DNA of 63,773 nt, counting the filler, from Guillardia theta CCMP2712 (lineage: Eukaryota > Protista > Cryptophyta): NCBI RefSeq assembly GCF_000315625.1. It is 5 parts of 5 records of this genome, joined end to end, with 100 filler letters (N's around TTAATTAATTAA, not from the genome) between each part and the next. Parts side by side here need not be neighbours in the genome. Positions count along the whole stretch, not along the records: positions 58,273 to 62,117 come from NW_005434117.1; positions 62,218 to 63,773 come from NW_005434540.1; 3 more parts are not named here. One strand, written 5' to 3'. Positions 58,273 to 63,773 of the stretch are shown in pieces. Made by a program: the position numbers and the translations under genes. Position 1 is the stretch's first letter, and the number at the start of each line of letters is the position of its first letter. A model generated the notes under the pieces. That model was given only the letters and a program-made list of their open reading frames with translations, made no database searches and was not told where the DNA came from.

Positions 58273-58743
58273 TGTAGTAGTTGTCATAGCCAGACAGCGC
58301 TATATATTGACAGCTCTCTACCAGTCATAAAGATGACTGATTTAGCTATGGACAAGGCCGTTTATGGGGTTATATCAAACGTTGAAGAGGGAGATAAGAG
58401 AGTTTATAAGACCGGCAATTGGCATTATGCCTATAAGAAGCTAGATGGCAACCGGTTGATGATTAACGCAGTGGGCGAGGGTGCGATATGGGTGACGAAT
58501 TATAACAACATTCAAAAAATAGACAATGGCGATTATCTGTGCTCATCCCCTATAAGAGGGTATAGTATGGTCCAGAGCGATGACCTTCTACACAGTTACA
58601 CGGTAGCGAAGACTAGCTGCCCAGTTGATTTTATTGATGAGAATTCAGACTGGTATTATAAGAACTTTAAGCATCGATATGAGACCTATGAGGGCAATGA
58701 GTATATATGTGTGTTCATTGGTTGTACATATCACTCAGGTTAA
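58273..58743 (+). CDS. C-terminal domain of a viral fibre/structural-type protein (5' partial)
   Basis: SLPVIKMTDLAMDKAVYGVIS...INAVGEGAIWVTN...NGDYLCSSPIRGYSMVQSDDLLHSYTVAK...DF...FIGCTYHSG*. This motif string ends large structural proteins of algal dsDNA viruses. Confidence 0.72.
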   Translation, partial: CSSCHSQTALYIDSSLPVIKMTDLAMDKAVYGVISNVEEGDKRVYKTGNWHYAYKKLDGNRLMINAVGEGAIWVTNYNNIQKIDNGDYLCSSPIRGYSMVQSDDLLHSYTVAKTSCPVDFIDENSDWYYKNFKHRYETYEGNEYICVFIGCTYHSG

Positions 58744-58757
58744 AATAATAATATAGC

Positions 58758-58814
58758 TGGGGGTTGCGCCCCCCAACGGCGCTGTTTTTTGGTTAAGCTT
58801 TTTTTAAAAGCTTA
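58758..58814 (+). terminator. Two intergenic hairpins
   Basis: TGGGGG-ttgcgc-CCCCCA (58758-58775), then a T-run and TAAGCTTTT-ttt-AAAAGCTTA (58794-58814), just after the stop at 58743. Confidence 0.55.
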
Positions 58815-58827
58815 CATCTTTATAAAG

Positions 58828-58908
58828 ATGACCGTAACAGTCAAGAATAAGAGGAGCGGAGTGTCTGTGGAGGTGAAAAATGATATAAGGAAAAGAAAGA
58901 TATTATAA
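58828..58908 (+). pseudogene. Truncated remnant of the 5' end of the 59434 gene
   Basis: MTVTVKNKRSGVSVEVKNDIRKRKIL* resembles MTVKTKVKNRKADVSVSVNINNK at 59434. Confidence 0.6.
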
Positions 58909-58916
58909 GATAAAAA

Positions 58917-59462
58917 ATGCCTGATTATTCAAAAGGAGTCATCTACACTATCAGATGCCGCACAGATACATCTTTGATATATGTTGGAAGCACACTAAAC
59001 ACTCTCGCTAAGAGATGGGGAGAACATAAGCATAATTGTCTCAACCCAAATCATAAAGCTTACAATCGACAGTTGTATCAAAAAATACGAGAAACCTCTA
59101 TTGATGACTGGTACATTGAACTTTATGAAAAATACCCTTGCCAAGATAGGCAAGAGTTAAATAAGAGAGAGGGAGAGGTTATCCGTGAGATTGGAACCCT
59201 TAACAAATATGTAGCTGGAAGAACTGATAAGCAATATTATGAGGAGAACAAGGAAAGGAAAGATGAATATCATAAACAATATCGTGAGAAAAATAAAGAG
59301 AAGATAGCTGAACAACATAAAAAATGGAATGAAAAAATTCAATGTGAGTGTGGGGCAATTTGTAGTGTGATAAATATAAACAGACATCGGAAATCACAAA
59401 AACATCTTAAATTTATTTCAAACAATAATATAAATGACTGTGAAGACCAAAGTCAAAAATAG
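58917..59462 (+). CDS. GIY-YIG endonuclease with C-terminal zinc finger
   Basis: GVIYTIRC...IYVGST...LAKRWGEHK...IELYEKYPC...ELNKREGEVIREIGTLN; YYEENKE/YREKNKE helical repeats; CECG...RHRKSQKH. Confidence 0.9.
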   Translation: MPDYSKGVIYTIRCRTDTSLIYVGSTLNTLAKRWGEHKHNCLNPNHKAYNRQLYQKIRETSIDDWYIELYEKYPCQDRQELNKREGEVIREIGTLNKYVAGRTDKQYYEENKERKDEYHKQYREKNKEKIAEQHKKWNEKIQCECGAICSVININRHRKSQKHLKFISNNNINDCEDQSQK

Positions 59463-60202
59463 AAAAGCTGATGTAAGTGTGAGTGTGAATATTAACAACA
59501 AATCAGAGGCGAATAACCACTCTAAGAACAAGTATGTCCCACACATCCCATCGTGGCAGGATGAGGGCCAAGCACCACCCCCCCAGACACACATCCAGCA
59601 TGTCATCCCATATTTCAATAAGAATTTTTCATTTGAACCTCAGTATAACAGCAAGAAATACGCAGACAGCACTAACCCAATGATTCCAGATGGCAATAGC
59701 GAGATACCGCAATATATAGCAGCACCCAAACCAGCATCAGAAGAACCAGCACCACCAGCACCACCAGCATCTGGAGCAGCAGGAGCAGCAGGAGCAGCAG
59801 GAGCAGCACCACCAGAAGAACCAGCACCACCAGCACCACCAGCATCTGGAGCAGCAGGAGCAGCAGGAGCAGCAGGAGCAGCAGGAGCAGCAGGAGCAGC
59901 AGGAGCAGCACCTGAACAGGAACTTATTGAGCCGCTGGACTATTGGCCGCCGTCACTCGTCACTCGTTTTAATGAATCTTCACGACGAACGCAACAAAGG
60001 ATGATTGAGACCAGCAATGAAAGATATAGAACACTCTCTAGGTCGTTATCAACTGGCGATAATCTTCTCAGCGCCAGGGCTATCACCGATAGTGGGCTAT
60101 GGGCTATTATCCAGGAAATGCTCGACACAGAGTCTATCCCAAGCTCAGAGGCTGAACAGCATTATTCAACTCTCTTGAACAGAAGATTGAGAAGGAGGAA
60201 TG
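59434..60202 (+). CDS. Viral hypothetical protein with Pro/Ala/Gly repeats (3' end in gap)
   Basis: Overlaps the GIY-YIG stop; duplicated EEPAPPAPPASGAAGAAG block. Confidence 0.7.
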
Positions 60203-60458
60203 NNNNNNNNNNNNNNNNNNNNNNNNNNNNNNNNNNNNNNNNNNNNNNNNNNNNNNNNNNNNNNNNNNNNNNNNNNNNNNNNNNNNNNNNNNNNNNNNNN
60301 NNNNNNNNNNNNNNNNNNNNNNNNNNNNNNNNNNNNNNNNNNNNNNNNNNNNNNNNNNNNNNNNNNNNNNNNNNNNNNNNNNNNNNNNNNNNNNNNNNNN
60401 NNNNNNNNNNNNNNNNNNNNNNNNNNNNNNNNNNNNNNNNNNNNNNNNNNNNNNNNNG

Positions 60459-61713
60459 ACCGTGGATGGGGTTCTTGGCAAGACCGGGGGCTCTTACTAC
60501 AATACCCTCCGCTTTCCTAGGAATACCTTCTCGCTGATTGACAGCCTTTATGATTAAGTTCAATAATGTTGTGGTTCAAAATATTACCGATTATAATGTC
60601 GTTCAAAACATACTATTCGATATCGTCTCGAACAACCAGGACGCAGACGGTCGTATGAATTGCTCTATGTTGAACAACGACCCAAGCGTAAAAGTAGCCG
60701 GCGATTATCGATACATTGGCTGTGGGCCAATCAGCACTACCCTCGTCGATGGCACCACTGCTCTGGACGCATCGGACGATATCTGTAAGGACAGGGCCAA
60801 CTACTATATTAAGAACTGGCTGGGCATCCTCCAGCAGGGCAACGTGAATATTATCGACACAAGTCTGGTCGGGACTATCCAGATTACCATTGGATTTGCC
60901 TCAGCGGCTGTGTTGGCTAAGAGCTACCCCAACGCTACAGATGAAACCACATACCCAAGCCCTGACTACACCCTGAGCGACATCAAGTTCAATATGACTA
61001 AAATCAATATGCCGTCGTGGTGGTATGAGGGCATGAGAACTCAGCTAATGAACGGGACAACCTATTCATTGTATTTCCCGCATTACAATGTCTTCACGGG
61101 CCAGTCGAACCCGAGCAAGAGTCAGACCACTAGATTTACCATCGCTTCAGACAGTCTGGATTACGTTCTCGGAACTTTTATCCCAAGTGACTACACCGAC
61201 ACTACCAAACTCAAGACCTTCGGCGATTCGACTAATAATAAAGACAAAACCATCGATGCTGTCATATCGGGAGGCAAAGGTTCTTCTCAGAATCAGAGCC
61301 GATATTTCCGGCGAAACGGTGACAATTTGCTGAGCTCTCAATGGACGCTTGGCAGTGAGAAGTTGCCCCAGGTCCCGAATACCCTCACGGGCTGTGTCCA
61401 GTCTGTGGTGGAGGCGTTCAACCTCCACCAATCAGCAGACGGCGGATTTTATAAGGGCTGTACTGACATTGAGATGTTTTCAACATTTTTCTTTGCCGAT
61501 ATTTTGAGTCTCCAACACGTCGGAGATACGAGCGGAATTATGCTGGTTTCGGGCCTAGACACAAGGCAGCTCCCAATAATCGTCGAATGGTCCACAAGAG
61601 ATGTTGGAACAACTACTTATTCGACTTCAAGTCAATATTGGACACCATTCATCATCGCCGCAGAGACCCGCAAATGCGATATCAGTGCCGGAAACAGTGT
61701 GAGCATCAATTAA
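60459..61713 (+). CDS. Major capsid protein, PLV-type double jelly-roll (5' in gap; 1-nt frameshift at ~60548)
   Basis: FPRNTFSLIDSL/MIKFNNVVVQNITDYNVVQNILFD; YTLSDIKFNMTKI; SQTTRFTIASDSLDYVLGTF; SRYFRRNG; SGLDTRQLPIIVEW; C-terminal DISAGNSVSIN. All-beta pattern and motifs typical of PLV MCPs. Confidence 0.78.
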
Positions 61714-61742
61714 ACTAAAAATATACACTGATAGTAAAGAAC

Positions 61743-62093
61743 ATGTTTTTGCCACCGACCACAGTCAAAGCCGGCATCAATAGGCATTTGAGCTTCCAGC
61801 AAATCGACAAGGATACCGACCACCATAAATGCTACAATCCAATTAAGCCAAATGACGATACTTATAAGCTCCCATATCCAACGTCGAGCATCTACTATTT
61901 ACAACACGAGACGGCTTTCAAGCCTGATATTTACAACTCAAAGAGCTCATATGAGCCTCTTAATCATGATGACTGGTATCCAATGTATGCGGACAAGCTG
62001 CCAGATAGAAGGATGAACGTGATGTACCAGATGACGCCTATCTCTGAGCTACCAAGGATGCCCATCACCGGTACATCGGCCATAATTCAGTGA
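61743..62093 (+). CDS. Small viral hypothetical protein downstream of the MCP
   Basis: 116-aa ATG ORF starting 30 nt after the MCP stop. Confidence 0.65.
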   Translation: MFLPPTTVKAGINRHLSFQQIDKDTDHHKCYNPIKPNDDTYKLPYPTSSIYYLQHETAFKPDIYNSKSSYEPLNHDDWYPMYADKLPDRRMNVMYQMTPISELPRMPITGTSAIIQ

Positions 62094-62117
62094 TTCCATT
62101 TTCATCCCGCCTTGTAC

Positions 62118-62217
62118 NNNNNNNNNNNNNNNNNNNNNNNNNNNNNNNNNNNNNNNNNNNNTTAATTAATTAANNNNNNNNNNNNNNNNNNNNNNNNNNN
62201 NNNNNNNNNNNNNNNNN
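62118..62217. other. Artificial contig linker
   Basis: N-TTAATTAATTAA-N. Confidence 0.97.
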
Positions 62218-63452
62218 ACGCCACCTCCTCTCCCTCGCTCACTCCTTCCTCTCCTCTCCTCCTCTCTCCTCTCTCCTCTCCTCCTCTCTCCTCTCTCCTC
62301 TCTCCTCTCTCCTCTCTCCTCTCTCCTCTCTCCTCTCTCCTCTCTCCTCTCTCCTCTCTCCCCTCTCCTCTCTCCTTCACCTCTCCTCCTCTCATCTCCT
62401 CTCTTTTGCCATCACCTGCAGCTCTACTTCCACGTCGTACTTCCTCCTCCCGCTCTTCTGGCTGCCATTGAAGCGGCTCCCTGCGTAAAGTGCATGTTCC
62501 ATTGTTCTGGTCGACCACCCTCTCGTCTTGAACAAGTACCGGTAGTCATATTACCCTACCCTCAGAATTTTGGAAATTCATTGGACGACATACCCCACAG
62601 TCATGGGGTCTATTGAGGACCCTACCTGGTATTTTAGACCCCTTCACCCTTCCTTTGTGATCCACCCCAATCCCTCTTTTCTCCAAGGACCCCCTCTCAT
62701 TACCAAAAAACTACCCCACCGGGGTCATGTTCATACCCGCCATGCGCGCGGCCTCCTTGAGAGCATAATCGAAGAGGAGGGGGAGGGGAGGAGGGAGGAG
62801 GAGGAGGAGGAGGAGGATGATGATGATGATGAGGAGGTGGTGGTGGAGGAGGATACAAACAAGTATGAGGACGAAGATGATCCAACAGGGAGGTTGAAGG
62901 GAAGAGGACGGGAGGGGAAAGTTGCAAGATGACAGGCAAGAGGGATGGCGTGGGGAAGGGGAGGGGAAAGAGCGAGGCAAGAGGCAAGAGGCGAGTGAGA
63001 ATGGGAGAGTGAGCTAGAGATAGATGGATAGAGGGAGGAAGTTGAAAGTGGTAGAGGATGAAGGGAGGCAGGGAAGGTAAACGAGGAATGACCCCATGAA
63101 TTTGAATATGAGTTTGGTCGAGCAAGACGAAGTATAGAAGGAAATCCGAAGGATTTTGACATTGTGATGAAAATGATAAGGTAGAATCAGAAATGAAGAC
63201 AACAGTGATAGCATATCTGAAGATGATGAAGTAGATTGTATCGAGGGTTACATAAAAGCTAAATGGTGGCAGAATTAGTCATAGGTGAAGGCGCGGTATC
63301 AGCGTCGCAGTTTAGGGATCGATTTCAAAAGCAAAATGATGACGATAGAAATGTCAAGTACTAAGCAGGAATGAGGGAGAGGAGGACGCGGAGGAGAAGG
63401 AAGGGGGACATGGGAGGTCGAAGCGCTGGAGGAAGACAGGAGTGTGGGGACT

Positions 63453-63590
63453 GATGATGATGATGGAGATGATGATGATGATGATGATGATGGAGATGAT
63501 GATGATGATGATGATGGAGATGATGATGATGATGATGGAGATGATGATGGAGATGATGATGGAGATGATGATGATGATGATGATGATGAC
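63453..63590. repeat. (GAT)n/GGA compound microsatellite
   Basis: Directly visible. Confidence 0.92.
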
Positions 63591-63773
63591 GTATCTTATG
63601 ATCCTGTAGCAGGTCGTGATGTTGAACCGAGGAAGCGACAAGCTGCTCCGCTTGCTTCTGTCAACTTCCCTCGTCCTCTCCGTCACTGAGGTGCTTCCGG
63701 CTCGTCAGAAGCAACTTGGAAAGGCTGACGTTTTCTCCTCCTCCTCCTCCTCCTCCTCCTCCTCCTCCTCCTC

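Larger units (their letters stand above)
58273..62117 (+). mobile_element. Polinton-like virus (PLV) genome fragment, endogenous or co-sequenced
   Basis: Compact, co-oriented, intronless genes, visibly more AT-rich than the host contigs: fibre-type domain, GIY-YIG, unknown ORF, PLV-type major capsid protein, small ORF. Confidence 0.8.

Noticed and set aside
53624-62117. Treating the two viral contigs as one integrated element flanked by host DNA
   Set aside because: Separated from each other and from host sequence by artificial linkers, and they differ in composition.
62218-63773. Gene in the last contig
   Set aside because: Mostly low-complexity sequence; possible short exons near 63285-63730 could not be assembled into a supported product.

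Overview
Eukaryotic draft-genome window, most consistent with a cryptophyte alga of the Guillardia/Hanusia type (inferred from many ~40-80 nt GT-AG introns, purine/pyrimidine microsatellite tracts, ASAF-type plastid presequence, RWP-RK/SHAQKYF/EsV-1-7 genes). It is five separate contigs joined by artificial 100-nt N-TTAATTAATTAA-N linkers (22585, 53524, 58173, 62118), so adjacency across linkers has no biological meaning. Contig 1 (1-22584): Yip1-domain gene, giant PDZ/coiled-coil gene, two RWP-RK paralogues, a candidate MITE, a ZIP metal transporter. Contig 2 (22685-53523): Nup62/Nsp1, EsV-1-7 repeat protein, a probably plastid-targeted DGQHR (ParB/DndB-like) protein, ADF/cofilin, an Sfi1-like coiled-coil gene, three near-identical SHAQKYF MYB genes around an inserted repeat-protein gene, plastid LPAAT, a MYND-finger gene, a TMC/OSCA-like membrane protein. 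Contig 3 (53624-58172): intronless virus-like ORFs of unknown affinity. Contig 4 (58273-62117): fragment of a Polinton-like virus (fibre-type domain, GIY-YIG endonuclease, major capsid protein). Best leads: (i) the GIY-YIG gene sits between a dead remnant and a live copy of the same gene start, suggesting a homing endonuclease that replaced its target gene's 5' end; (ii) the PLV fragment; (iii) the organelle-targeted DGQHR protein. All family assignments come from motif recognition by eye, not database searches.
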